From: Selaginella moellendorffii
Taxonomy: Eukaryota > Plantae > Lycopodiophyta
Length of the DNA stretch: 64,000 bases
NCBI RefSeq assembly: GCF_000143415.4
Contig: NW_003314320.1
Coordinates: 1,202,796-1,266,795, forward strand
Direction of reading: 5' to 3'
Shown: positions 13,101 to 25,986 of the stretch, piece by piece
Position numbering within the stretch: the first letter of the stretch is position 1
Layout of the letters: each line of letters begins with the position of its first letter
Position numbers and translations under genes: made by a program
The notes under the pieces: generated by a model
The model's database searches: none
What the model was told of the DNA's origin: nothing
Seen by the model: only the letters and a program-made list of their open reading frames with translations

Positions 13101-15418
13101 CAACGTCATTTGGGATCTTTGCCAGTTTGGGACGACATACGGTGAGCCTAAGTTGTTTCTTAAATATCTTTTAACTGTAAAATTGCAGTTTCTGGGAAGG
13201 ATATTGTGAGTATATAATGGAACGTTCCTCTGATAGGTATTGATTTCTTTATAAATCTTAATTATCTCTTGGTGAACATGTGTTGCCTGTCTTAGGACTG
13301 GGAAGTATGCTGATCTTGTAACCGAACAACTTGTCGTCATAGCTCGGCACCTGGTACGATATGATTTGAATTCTACGTTTTATTGCTTGATTTTTATAGG
13401 CTGGTTTGAAAGTTCCGGATCCAGAGGCCTGGCTAATTCTTGAGTCATTAGCATTGAAGAATAATCTTGGATCGAAGCAACTGGTGGGTGTGCACACTTT
13501 TTTCAATCACGTCCAATGACATTTTCCTTTTTTTTTTCTGCAGATAAAATTGAGAGGCATTTTAGCTCATGTACAGAATGTGAAACAAGGTTACTGGGGA
13601 AAACTACCTACATCAAGAGCACAGCCAGTAGCCTCTTATCCTCAAGATCGACAAGAAAACGATGACAGTCAGAGCTCTCAAGCGGCGGGTGCTGGAAGAA
13701 GCTGGATGCAAAGTATGTTTAGCAGGGATCGCGCCTCGTTCAGACAACCTGCCAACGACGCTCGAGGTCGTACGGACGCACCTGTTTCAGGTAAGTTCTT
13801 TATGAAATAAAGTGTTTCTGTTGATGGTTTTCCCGTTTAGGCTCAAGGCAAAATCAGCGAGCCAATGTAGACAGCACGCAGGCAGTGAAACGGTCTCCAG
13901 CTTTGCGAAACCTTCGTGGTCATACAGGTCCTGTGACAGCATTGCACGTGGGAACGAGAAGTGAAATGGGGGATCTTGTCGGCGAAAATGAACCAGGCAT
14001 GTTCATAAGTGGATCTGCTGACTGCACGGTTCGTTCTAGTCTCGGTTCTCTGATTTAGCATTGACAAAACATTAAGTGCAGTTAAAAATGTGGGATCCAA
14101 CCGTGCGTGGTTCTGAGTTTCGAGCAACATTAGAAGGACACACGGCGTATGTTTTAACTGTGTGGTTTGTTGATGTTTGTCCTTCTAACGATTCGTCTAC
14201 AGGACAATTCGTGCAATATCGTCCGATAAGCTGCGTATAGTTTCCGGTGGCGACGATACTCTTGTACTTATCTGGGACAAGGCTACGTCTCAGAACAGCA
14301 TGAAGCTCGACGGTCACAGAGAAAAGGTACTCTTAATGTCTTTACTTGAAATAGTTTGTGAAGCATGGAAATCGCAGATAAGCTGCGTGAGGATGCTGTC
14401 GGAGGAACGAGTTCTTTCGGCTTCCCATGATGGCACGGTCAAGATGTGGGATGCCAGAACGGACGCATGCGTTGCCAACGTGGGACAATCTTCGAGTGCA
14501 ATTCTATGCATGGACTACGATGACACTACGAGAGTCCTTGCTGCCGCAGGAATGGACGGGTATGCTTGTTGTTACGTCAACCATCTATCTTGATGCTTTT
14601 TATTTTGCTCAGAGTTGTGAAAGTTTGGGATGTCCGAGCTGGGAAACAGGTTCATATGCTTCTCGGTCACAAGAAGTGGATAAGGTAAAGCTGGTTGTTC
14701 TTGGCTTGTGAGACTGTGTTTTCTTTTGCTGCCATGGCCAGAACTTTGAGAATGGTGAAGGATACGATCGTCACTGGAAGTGACGACTGGACAGCGAGGG
14801 TGTGGTCTGTGTCTCAAGGTTCTTGCGACGCAGTCCTTGCATGTCACGCAGGTGGAATCACCTGCGTGGAGTACTCTGCTACAGACGATGGAATCATCAC
14901 AGGTTTGTTGCTTCACTTCTACTTGTGCTACTTACACATTACTCTTTTCATACAGGTTCGGCAGATGGTCTGGTTCGCATTTGGGAGTATCAAAACGGTA
15001 AGCAGAGCTTTCATTTCTTCGCTTCCGAGAGTAACCAATGATGTATAATGTGTGCATCAGGAGGCTTGCTTCAGTGCGTGAAAAACGTCGGTGTCCACGT
15101 TTCGCCCATTCTCTCCGTGAAAGCGGGACCGCGGTGGCTGGCAATAGGCGCCGGAGATAACTCCATGTCCCTGTTCCACAAGGCGGAGCAAAACGACCAA
15201 GCAAAGGGAATGGCGGGATGGCAGCTCTACCGCACTCCACAGCGTAGCGCCGCAGTGGTACGTCTCGATTGATCTTTATCTTCCAATTCTCTGGATCTAT
15301 GTATAATAAGAACTTTCACTCTTTCCAGGTGAGATGCGTTGCTTGTGATGCGGACAGAGGAAGGATTTGTAGCGGCGGCCGCAATGGGCTTCTTCGTCTC
15401 TGGGAACCAAACCTCTAG
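10170..15418 (+). CDS. SCD1: STOMATAL CYTOKINESIS DEFECTIVE 1 (DENN domain plus C-terminal WD40 repeats), multi-exon
   Basis: N-terminus MAKLVEYFLVCGLGPE; DENN motifs (FRDPVDEDIAEAYRIPANS, APTPYLMGLH, AERDRMVLDIKVKLQ); WD repeats (LSASHDGTVKMWD, TGSDDWTARVWS); ends RICSGGRNGLLRLWEPNL*. GC-AG intron starts at 11949. Confidence 0.95.
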
Positions 15419-15682
15419 AAATTTTAAAACGAAGTGAATATGCGTTTTTTTAATTTTTGTAAGAACTCTTGATCTAAGTCATTGGCGGGACGAAATCCTG
15501 GTTGGTTTTGTGTGTAAAGTAGCACATAGGCACACCAAGTGGATGATCTTCCGGGTTCTTAGCACCATGGACGTAGAACTGCCTATAGTAGTCTCAGTAA
15601 GTTCCGAGGTGTAAACGCTAGTTCTTATAATCGAGAAAAGAATATCCGGCGAACATCTTCTGGGATTTAGGGCTTTTCCACA

Positions 15683-18600
15683 ATGCTGAAGAACAAGGCG
15701 TTTGTGAAGAAGAATCGAGGCGGCCGGGTTTTCAAGGTGAGGGATGCTCTTGCGGTCTTGGTTTCGATGGATTTGCGCCTGCGTCCAGGTCGTTCGCGAG
15801 CACTACCTGCGCGATGATATTCCCTGCGGCGCTACGTTTTGTTCCAGCTGCGACACCTCCACTGCCAATCTCGTTGCGGCCGACCGGCTCGTTGTGGTCG
15901 ATACAAATGTGGTGTTACACCAGGTGCTTGTTCTTGCCTCTCTTTTTTCTTCTATTAGCGATTTTTTGCAATCTTCTATCTAGATGGATTTGCTCGAAAA
16001 TCCGGCATTTCGCAACGTGATAATTTTATCCGTTGTTCTGGAAGAAGTGAAGAACAAGAACTTGAGTGCTTACAATCGCCTGCGCAACATTTGTGCGAAT
16101 CGATCACGTCAGTTCTTCGTTTTCTCTAATGAACACCACAGGCAAGATATCAATTATGTCTTCTTCCTAAATCTTTTTCTCTCAGGGAGACTTACATCAA
16201 GGCAATGGCGAGTGAGAGTGTTAACGACAGGAATGACAGAGGTACTTGGTTTTTGCTGTTTCCTTTTTCGAAGCGACTTTTCTCTCGAATCTCCAGCTAT
16301 TCGCGTCGCAACCCAGTGGTTTCAGAAACACCTCGGAGATGCGTGCACTGTTGTTCTTCTGACAAACGATCTTGACAATAGAACCAAGGCCAATGCAGAA
16401 GGAATTAACGTTTTTTCTGGTAAGTTTTCTAGTGAAGTAGATATAACACTTAATAAAATCCTCTTTTAGTGGACCACTTTGTTCAGTCGCTAGGCAAGCC
16501 AGAATTACTGGATTTGGTTGCTCGGAGTGAGTCCGAGAATGCCACTCCGATGGAAATAGAGGACTCGAGACCGTCAAAAAGAAAGATCATCTATTCAGAG
16601 GTACATGTAGCTCAATTGTCACCGGCGCTTACATTGCATCTTTCAGCACAAACCTATGTCCGAAATCACTGCGGGCATACATCAAGGAATATATCACCAA
16701 GGAAAGCTGCGAGTTAACAGATATAACCCGTTCCAAGCCTACGTCGGTAGCGAAAGTGTTGGCGACGAGATTTTGGTTCAGGGAAGACTGAATATGAATC
16801 GAGCATTTGATGGGGATGTGGTTGTTGTAGAGCTTCTCCCGCACGAGTCTTGGCAAGGCGACATGACAATGATTGCTGAAGAAGAAGGTACATAGCTCTA
16901 AATCTCCATTTTGTTCTGAAGCTCCTTACAGACGGCGATGGTGATGAAAGAGTCGGGCTTGCTCCTGACACCTCTGATGAGGCAGCCGTGAACAAGGCGG
17001 ATGAAGCCAGTGAGAAAGCAACAACGTCCGGTGGATCCAGCAGACCGAATGGACGTGTCATTGGAATAATCAAGCGGAACTGGAGGGCGTAAGAACTTTT
17101 CAGTTCGTCATGCTATTGGAAACTAACGTTTTCACGTTCCTTCTTCAGGTACTGTGGCTCTCTGGAGCCAATGACAACCCCAGCAGGAGCGGGAAGCGTG
17201 GCAAATGCATTGTTCGTGTCAGCGGACCGTCGAATTCCAAAAATCCGTATCCAAACTCGTCAGTTTGGTAATTTGGTTGACAAACGCATCGTGGTGTCTG
17301 TCGACTCCTGGGATTTAAACTCCAGATATCCTTCTGGACATTACGTGAAAACTGTCGGCAAAATTGGCGATCGTAACACAGAAAGCGAGGTAAACGCCTC
17401 GTTAAGAACTTGAAAATCAGCTCTATGTGTTTTGTTTTCAGGTTCTTCTTATTGAGAATGACATCAACAATAGGCCATTTTCGGACCAAGTGTTGGCCTG
17501 CCTCCCGCCGTTGCCTTGGTCGGTACCCGCAGAAGCGTTGCACGATCCTCATCGTGAAGATTTACGAAATTTGAGGGTGTTCAGTGTAGACCCCATTGGT
17601 AAGGATGATCAGTGCGTAAAGCTGCTTTCATTCACAAGTGCCGCTAAAATGTGTAGGCTGCAAGGATATCGATGACGCTCTTCACTGTACCTTGCTGCCA
17701 ACTGGCAACTATCAAGTCGGAGTCCGTATCCAATCTTGTGTTTATATTCTTTTCTCTGTTCCATCCTTAATAAGTTTCCAGATATTGCGGATGTAACAAG
17801 CTTTGTTCATCCTGGTACACCTCTAGACATTGAAGCTCGGGAAAGAGGAACATCTGTTTACTTGGTTGAACGTCGGATTGACATGCTTCCCAAGCCGCTT
17901 ACTGAAGGTTAGCTCGAATTCGTGGATTTTCAGTGGTATTTACGTATATACAATGCAGATGTGTGCTCTCTCAGAGCGGATGTAGAAAGATTTGTTTTCT
18001 CGGTCATTTGGGTAATGCCAGCTTCGTTCATTTCTATTCATTGTCACTTACAATTCTAAATTCAGGAGATGTCCTCAGAGGCGGATATAATTTCAGTTCG
18101 ATTTACAAAGGGCGTAATCAAGTCCTCCGCTGCTCTTTCGTACGTTGAAGCTCAAGCCCGAATGGATGATAGGTACGTACACTTGCTCCGAATTTTCTTG
18201 AAGTGGAGAGTAACTTTTATGTACGTCAGCCGAATGTCGGACCCCTTAACTACTGATCTTCGGAACATGAATCGCCTCGCTAAGGTTGTTAAGCTTTTTG
18301 TCTCTGCCATGCTCATCGGCAAACTGCAGGTTTTGAGGCAAAGACGAATTGAACGCGGGGCTCTTACTCTTGCTTCTCCTGAAGTGAAGTTCGAAATTGA
18401 TACAGAAACACATAATCCTTTGGATGTTGGTCAGTATTCTGCGTTTACGTTTGCAAAGTTAATCTAAACTAACAGAAGGTTGTTTCAGGCATGTACCAAG
18501 TAAGAGAATCAAATCACATGGTCGAAGAGTTTATGCTGTTGGCAAATATTTCAGTCGCTAAGAAGATATTGTCGAGTTTCCCAGTGTTTTCTCTTCTCAG

Positions 18601-19716
18601 GTATTTTCCTTTTTTTTTTTGTCAGCAAACCTTGGATTGAACTTGACAGACGGCATCCTACGCCAACACCGAAAATGTTTGAGCCTCTTCTAAAAATTGC
18701 TTCGGCAGTAGGCATCAAACTGGACATCACTTCGTCTATGACTCTCGCAAATACTCTTGACCTTGCAGTGGTATGTGTAGAACTTTACATGTTTTTTGTT
18801 CATCGCCTCACGTTTACATGCCTATAGGGGGATGATCCATACTTCAACAAATTGATAAGAATTCTTGCAACTCGGTGCATGACCCAAGTAAGCTGATTTT
18901 ATAGCGTTTAGTAGCTCATATTTGCGTTGTTGCTTTTCAGGCGGTTTACTTTTGCAGTGGCGAGCTAAGCCCTCCAGAGTTTCAACATTACGGACTTGCA
19001 TCAGCAATATACACACATTTCACGTCTCCCATCAGACGATATGCTGGTAAGTGACCACTTATGCTGTTGATGTGAATCTTATTAAACAGCGTCTCAACGC
19101 AGATGTGATTGTACACCGCTTGCTGGCTGCAGCTTTGGATTTGGAAAAGCTGTCACCGTCCTTACGCGACAAATCCGAGGTCACGAAGATCGCAGACAGT
19201 AAGGCTATGGCGTTTCCTCAGTGGCCTCATGTCTTACTTTACTCAAACAGATTTGAACTACCGGCATCGAAACGCGCAAATGGCAGGCCGAGCATCAGTG
19301 GAGCTCCACACTTTAATCTTTTTCAGAAACAGGTTGTTCTTCACGGATCTTTTGTGCGCTTTCTCACGCATTGTCTCGTTGTAACCAGGCCTACAGACGC
19401 AGACGCAAGGATTGTGCAGATCCGATCCAATGGGCTGATAGTGTTTGTTCCAAAGTATCTATTCTCCTCGTTGTTTGCAAATCTCTGTACTGAATCTGGA
19501 ATTCGCTTTGCAAGGTATGGCATTGAAGGGCCCGTGTTCCTGGTTGACAAGGCAAGCAAGTCGAGTACCAACTGGATAATGAACGAGGAGCAACAGTGTG
19601 CCAATGCTCGGGATGGTAGTACAAAGTACAAAGTGCTAGACAGCGTGAAGATTCGCATTCAAGTTGTGGAGCCGCAGCCAAACAGGCCCAAGTTGGAACT
19701 CACTTTACTGGCATAA
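15683..19716 (+). CDS. RRP44A: Exosome catalytic subunit RRP44/DIS3 (PIN, CSD, RNB, S1), multi-exon
   Basis: [13 protein letters not shown]; PIN motif [10 protein letters not shown]; NDRNDR; [14 protein letters not shown]; [12 protein letters not shown] 44-nt GC-AG intron spans 16142-16185. Confidence 0.96.
17726..17781 (+). other. Probable U12-type (minor spliceosome) GT-AG intron in RRP44A, 56 nt
   Basis: 5' site GTATCC and branch site TCCTTAAT at 17764-17771, ending 10 nt before the intron end. Removal restores the conserved VGVH-IADV. Confidence 0.75.
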
Positions 19717-19799
19717 CAGGTAGATCATGTTAAAGCTTCTCTTCGTTTTCTAAACCTCTCGCCTCTTACTCGCAGCGATTCTTCAAACTTTGTTACTGG

Positions 19800-20927
19800 C
19801 TATTTCACTGCTAGTAGTGCTCCGAGCATTTGCTCAAACTCGTCGAGAGCTTGGAAGCAAGTTCCCGGCCTTTGAAGCGGTGGAAAGAAGAGCAAAGAAG
19901 CCGTCGTGAAGATAAAACCCAGCGTTATCACTACGCACATTACCTTGGGCAGCTTTGAGACGAGCGGGCCAAAGTTTCTTCGCAGTGCCACCTCCACGAC
20001 CATGGCGAGGCCGTTGACCAGGAAGAACCCAGTCACCTGCCACGTCGGCGTTGACTTGGTGGTGTAGAGAAAAATCACTTCGTGCATGAGACCAGAGACG
20101 AGGAAGACTGCCATGGTTGCCGTGGCTCTCACCCAGAGCAGTGACCGCGTACGGCCCGGTCCGGCTCGGCCCAACCTGGTTAGTACGAAGAGTACGGGCT
20201 CGTATACCGAGGCCCTGAGCATGCTGCTAACGAGTCGATTCCAGCGCTTGCCCCAAAACTCCGAGATGGATGCCGCGAGGAAGGGCTTGTCGAATTGCGG
20301 CTCGAGCTTCACACCGATCGTGGCGGCGGCGATGGCGGCGATGGCCTCGAAGATGAGCGAGCAGGCAAGGTAGATGTGGAGGGAATAGATGAGGTAGAGG
20401 AGGAGCTCGGGCATGCCGCGGTCGCGGAATGCGTAGGCGGAGAAGAGGAGCACGACGAGCAGGACCTTGATCGAGGCCCGGATGATCACGGCCTGCCAGG
20501 CGAGGGATTCTTGGAGCCATATCCAGGAGGATTTCCAGGATATCGGGGCCGATCGATCGTCTGGAGCTGGAGCGGCATTGGATTCTGCCGCATTGCTGCT
20601 CGCATCGATGAGGCTGCGCGGGATGTTGATGGAGAGCGCCATGGCCGCGAAGAATCGGGGGAAGCTGGCCGTGACGGATGGATCTTGGACGGCGCCGAGG
20701 TTCCAGCAGAGGAGGAGGAGCTTGGACGGGATCATCCACAGGAAGAAGAAGGAGAGGACCGCTCTTAGGTGGATGGTTGGAACGTCCCAGGCGGATCGAT
20801 AGAGGAGAACGATCCATGGCAGCAATGCGACGAGCCGAGGGATTCCAACGGGCAGGCGGAGGAGGACAATGTAAGCGAAGACGATGCAGCCAATGCCTCC
20901 GGCGGCGACGTCTCCTCCCCTGACCAT
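19800..20927 (-). CDS. MBOAT-family O-acyltransferase (wax ester synthase / sterol acyltransferase-like), intronless
   Basis: EPQFDKPFLAASISEFWGKRWN, LRASVYEP, FLVSGLMHE with the catalytic His, and multiple transmembrane segments. Confidence 0.93.
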   Translation of the reverse strand: MVRGGDVAAGGIGCIVFAYIVLLRLPVGIPRLVALLPWIVLLYRSAWDVPTIHLRAVLSFFFLWMIPSKLLLLCWNLGAVQDPSVTASFPRFFAAMALSINIPRSLIDASSNAAESNAAPAPDDRSAPISWKSSWIWLQESLAWQAVIIRASIKVLLVVLLFSAYAFRDRGMPELLLYLIYSLHIYLACSLIFEAIAAIAAATIGVKLEPQFDKPFLAASISEFWGKRWNRLVSSMLRASVYEPVLFVLTRLGRAGPGRTRSLLWVRATATMAVFLVSGLMHEVIFLYTTKSTPTWQVTGFFLVNGLAMVVEVALRRNFGPLVSKLPKVMCVVITLGFIFTTASLLFFPPLQRPGTCFQALDEFEQMLGALLAVK

Positions 20928-20963
20928 TTACCCCGGAAGAGCCCTAATTAGGGCTTGGGCGAG
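20928..20963. promoter_or_regulatory. 36-bp divergent intergenic gap containing the 16-bp palindrome AGCCCTAATTAGGGCT (two back-to-back telobox-like half sites)
   Basis: Start codons lie at 20927 (-) and 20964 (+); the palindrome spans 20940-20955. Confidence 0.65.
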
Positions 20964-23298
20964 ATGCTGGTAGCGCGGGTTGTGCTGCTCTTCCTCCTCC
21001 TCTCGACGACCTTGCTGGGGGCGAGGGGAGTAGCCAAGAAATTGGTGCTGGTACTGAATGACGATGCTGGGACCGACGAGGAGGAGGGATCCATCGCCGG
21101 CGTCCAGGATGAGCTCTCGCAGTTGGAGAATCCGCCAGAGGATGGATCGGTGCCTCCCGAGCCCGAGGAGTCTTTTTCCGACTGGGATTTCCCGGATTTG
21201 GACGGGACGGAGATCGAGGAGCCGGATCCAGGATCGTGGAGGTTGGTGATGGAAGAAGTGGAGCACGGCAAGAACGATTCTTACGGTGCCGCGGTAGCCC
21301 AGCTGATCAATTCGGTGAGTGATGGGGAGCTTGAGTTGATCCAGACTGCGGTGAAGGAGCTCCAGGGTCTAGCGGATCAAGGCCATGCTCATGCTCAGTC
21401 AACACTCGCGTCGCTCTACGGACACGGCTACGGTATGGAACAAAGTGACCTCAAGTCGTTTTTGTTCCACCATTTTGCTGCTGAGGGAGGGAATTATCAA
21501 TCAAAGATGGCGCTCGCCTACAGCTACTACAGACAGCAAGTGAGTTATTTCTTCTTTTCTCTCTCTTTGGATTGATGATGAGTGTTGTTTTTCCCAGCTC
21601 TTCGAAGAGGCAGCTCATCTTTACGCCGAGCTCGCAGCAGCAGCTGTGGCCAGTTTTGTGTCTGCCAAAGAGGGGCCTTTGATCGAACACGTCCGTCTGA
21701 ATTACGGTCCCGAGGAGAGTAAAGACTCGCTCAAGAAGTTCCGAGGTGAAGAGGATGACGATTTCCAGTTCCTTGAGTACCAAGCACAGAAGGGGAACTC
21801 AGCCGCAATGCACAAGATTGGTGTCATCTATTACTACGGACTGAGAGGTATTCCTCGTGACCACCTCAGGGCGTTGTCGTGGTTTACGAAATCAGTCGAA
21901 AAGGGAGACTCGGCCTCTCTGGAATTCCTTGGCGAGATTTATGCCCGTGGTTTCGGAGTGGAGAGGAACTACACAAAAGCGTATGACTATTTCAAGAAGG
22001 CTATACGTGAGAAGCGCTTCTCGGCTTATAACGGGATCGGGTACTTGTACTTTATCGGGCAGGGGGTCGACAAGAAAAACATGACAAAGGTGAGACAGCG
22101 TTCTAATTTTTCCTTTTGCGTGTTCTTAACAACACTCTGGCGTGTCTGCAGGCCAAGGAATTTTACAAAAGAGCGGCAGATCATAATGATCCCAATGGTT
22201 TTTATAACTTGGGAGTCATCTATCTCAAGGGTGCCGGCGTCAAGAAAAGTATCAAGATGGCAAGTCGGTACCTGATCCTTGCGGCTAACACCGGTCATCC
22301 TAAAGCGTATTACCAGCTTGCAAAAATGCAGCAGAGGGGCCTTGGTATGAAAAAGGACTTGCCTACGGTAAGTTCTTAATTCCCACATTCGTCCTCACAT
22401 TACAATTTTCGACTGCAGGCTGTGGATTTGTACAAGGCCGTGGCCGAAAGGGGTCCATGGGGAGCTCTACTGCGATGGGGACTTGAAAGTTACCTGAAGG
22501 GCGAGATCGCTCTTTCTTTGCTGCTTTACTCCAGAGCTGCCGAGCTTGGCTACGAGGTGGCCCAAAGCAACGCGGCATGGATACTCGACAAGTTTCATGA
22601 AGAAGCAGTCTGCATTGGCAAAAATGGTTACTGTACCGTTGAAGAACGCCATCACCGTGCACACACGCTGTGGCGTTTTGCGTCGGAACAGGGAAACGAG
22701 TATGCGGCTTTGTTAATTGGTGATGCGTACTACTATGGACGGGTATATTACTTTTCTTTGCCTGGCTGGGAGGCACTCACTATTGGTACTTTTTGCAGGG
22801 AACAGTGAAAGACTTGGATCGTGCTGCAGAGGCATATATGCGAGCACGTTTACAGTTTAACGCACAGGCAATGTATAACATCGGCTACATGCATGAACAC
22901 GGTTTAGGCTTACCCAAGGACTTCCATCTCGCCAAGAGGTACTACGACCTGGCCCTGGACGCAGACCAAAGCGCCTTCTTACCAATCTATCTTGCTCTGG
23001 GAGTTCTCTGGCTGCGGCAGCGTAACGAGGAAAGCATGCTGGTAAGTAGGCTACCTTTCTCTTTCTCAGATATGTTTCCTGATTCGAGCTTTAACAGGTG
23101 AAAGCTATTGACATGCTCCCGGAACTGAGTAAACAATTCACGACCTGGGCCCGAGACTTTACTACGGCTTTCTCCATTGAGGAAGGCAACGCGACTTTAC
23201 TCACTCTGGTGGTGTGCCTGGTGACTGTTCTATACCTGCGATCTTTACGACGCCAGCAAAGGCAGCAAGAGGATGCCGTCTATGATCAACAGGAATGA
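20964..23298 (+). CDS. HRD3A: ERAD component HRD3/SEL1L (Sel1 repeats), multi-exon
   Basis: Signal peptide; [18 protein letters not shown]; [19 protein letters not shown]; [10 protein letters not shown]; [14 protein letters not shown]; C-terminal transmembrane [10 protein letters not shown]. Confidence 0.93.
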
Positions 23299-23848
23299 GG
23301 TCGTCTGATATCATTGTATACGTTTAGAGCAGCGGACTAATCATAATCGAAAGCGCAAGGAAAATTTTTGCTTTATCACTTTGTCTGGCTTACTTTGGTG
23401 ACTGGCAGGAAGCGAGGGAGGCATCGCTATCAGCTGGGGAGAGAACTTATCCCCTCGGGACAGGGAACTTTTCATTGGTCATCCTGGATTCTGCCAGCTC
23501 GGCACTTGCGTTTTTCAGCAGCCAGCTTTGGGTTGGAGGAGCTCTTGGGCCTGCAAACATATGCCACAAGTAAGTTCGTCTGGGTGTTTTTCTTTTTTCG
23601 TCAGCCAGAGTAACTAACCGGAAGCTCTTTGATTCAGAGGAACAGTGAGCATCGCTAAGATGGTGTGCTCAATTGTCAACCTCAATCGTTCTGCCATGAT
23701 CCCAGACCATGAACAGATGTCCTTCGCTGCTGCTCCACTAAGCTAGCCACCACAGCTCACAGCCACTGGGGAAGAAAGCTAGAAAAAAAAAGAACAAGAA
23801 CAGAACGAGGACACTGGGAACAAAAAAAACTTGGGAAATTGCTACGTG

Positions 23849-25895
23849 ATGGCGGTCACTTCGAGCAAACGCGTTGGTCGAAACAGCTTCAGCATGAGGC
23901 GCACCAACGATTGGTAAGTTGGATTCATCATGACTTGGCTCCGGGTTTTACTGCTTTCTTCCGTTTTCTCATCGCAGGGTCATGTCGACTGACGTCCCGA
24001 CGGATATCACGGTAGACATCTGCGGAACCAGCTTTGCCCTCCACAAGGTAGCGGAGCTTCTTCCTTCACTCCCCACCAACAGAATTTCTCATGAATTTTG
24101 GTGCGGGTTTCATGCTCTCGTGGTTACAGTTCCCCCTGGTGTCGAGGAGCGGAAGGCTGCGAAAGCTCGTCGCGGAAGCCAGGGACTCGGACCTGTCCCG
24201 AGTCGAATTCAATGACATCCCCGGCGGGCCGGAAGGATTTGAAATGGCTGCGAAGTTCTGCTACGGCATCAACTTCGAGATCACGGCGTCCAACGTTGCA
24301 ATCCTCCGGTGCGTAGCAGAGTATCTGGAGATGACGGACGACTTTGGCCAGGCAAATCTCGCGTCCAGGAGCGAGGCCTTCATCGAAGACGTGGTGACGC
24401 ACAGCTTCGGGAGCTCAATCACGGTTCTCCACAGCTGCGAGAAGCTCCTTCCAATGGCCGAGCAGCTCAACATTGTCAACCGGTGTGTCCAAGCAGCAGG
24501 GGCCAAGGCCAGCCACGAGGCGCTCTCCCTCGCAGCTCGTCCAGAGTACCGCAATGCCAAGACGCCTCCGCAGCTCGACTGGTGGGCCGAGGACCTCTCC
24601 ATTCTCAGCCTCGACTTCTACCAGAGGGTGCTGGCGGTGATGAGAAGCCACGGGATGCCGCAGGAGAACCTGTGGGGGAGCCTCATGCACTACGCGCAGC
24701 AGGCTCTGAAAGGATTCAACAGCACCAGCAGCAAGAGCCCCGGAAGATCGGTCACCGGACTGGAGCACGAGCAGCGGATGCTGGTGGAGACCATCGTCGG
24801 TTTGCTGCCACCGGACAAGAGATCTGCGTCTTGCGGCTTCCTCTTCGGGCTCTTGCGGACGTCGATCATCCTGGACACCACGGTTGCCTGCCGACTAGAG
24901 CTGGAGAGGCGGATCTCATTGCAGCTGGACGAGGCGACGCTGGACGATCTGCTGATACCATCGTTCTCGTTCGCGGCCGATACCCTCTTCGACACGGACC
25001 TCGTCCATCGCCTGCTCTCGAGCTTCCTCCAGCACCATCTCCAGGACGAGTCCAAGGCGTCGCAGAGCTCGCTGGCAAAGGTGGCGAAGTTGATGGACAG
25101 CTATTTGGCGGAAGTAGCGCCGGATGCCAACCTCAAAGTCTCCAAGTTCATCGCGCTGGCCGAGGTGCTGCCCGAGCACTCGAGGATGGTCGAGGATGGA
25201 TTGTATAGAGCGGTGGATATCTTCCTCAAGGCAAGCTAGCTTTCTTCCTTGTGTTTTTCCTCTTTCTTCGTTGGCGAAGAACACCTCTTTGATCCAAACT
25301 CTTCCTGTTCCTCCAGGCCCATCCTTTACTCGTCGAGGCCGATCGCAAGAGAATCTGCAAGCTCATGGATCCCCAGCGCCTGTCCCAAGAGGCGTGCAGC
25401 CATGCCGCGCAAAACGAGCGCTTGCCCGCGCACTTCATCATCCAGGTTCTCTACTTCGAGCAGCTGAGAATCAAGACCGCGCTCGCAAACTATGCCATCG
25501 AGATGCCCAAGGGCGATCACGGCCCGACCCCCATCGCCGCGGCGCTGCGATCGTCCACTGCTGCTGCCAATGCCGCTGCTGCCGCCGCTGCCGATGCGAA
25601 TCCCCAATCCGCGCTGCGGAGGGAGAACAAGGAGCTCAAGATCGAGCTTACCAGGATGAAGATCAGGCTATCAGACTTGGAGAAGGAGCAGAGCCCGGGA
25701 GTATCAAGGGCGAGCGAGGAGAAGAGGCTGAGCAGCCCGACGTCGTCCGCCGCTAGCTCGCCTGGATCCGGCCGGTTCTTCTACACTGTGTCGCGGCGGC
25801 TTGGAAAGCTTAATCCGTTTGGGAAGAGCTCGCTCAAGCCGCCGGCCACGCCCGAGCTCCAGAAGCCGCGGCGCCGCCGGCATTCGATCTCGTGA
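23849..25895 (+). CDS. NPH3/RPT2-like (NRL) BTB/POZ protein, 4 coding exons
   Basis: FALHKFPLVSRSGR, DIPGGPEGFEMAAKFCYG, DWWAEDL, DGLYRAVDIFLKAHP, HAAQNERLP, a coiled coil and C-terminal RRRHSIS (RxS motif). GC-AG intron at 25231-25316. Confidence 0.94.
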
Positions 25896-25986
25896 CGCTC
25901 GATCGAGAAGCTCTCGATCGCTCCAGCAGAAGAAGAAATCCAATTGTTAGTCTCCAAGAACTCCAAGAACCCTAGAGTATTGTCAA

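Noticed and set aside
23660-23746. 28-codon uORF upstream of the NRL gene
   Set aside because: The transcript start is unknown and there is no evidence of conservation.
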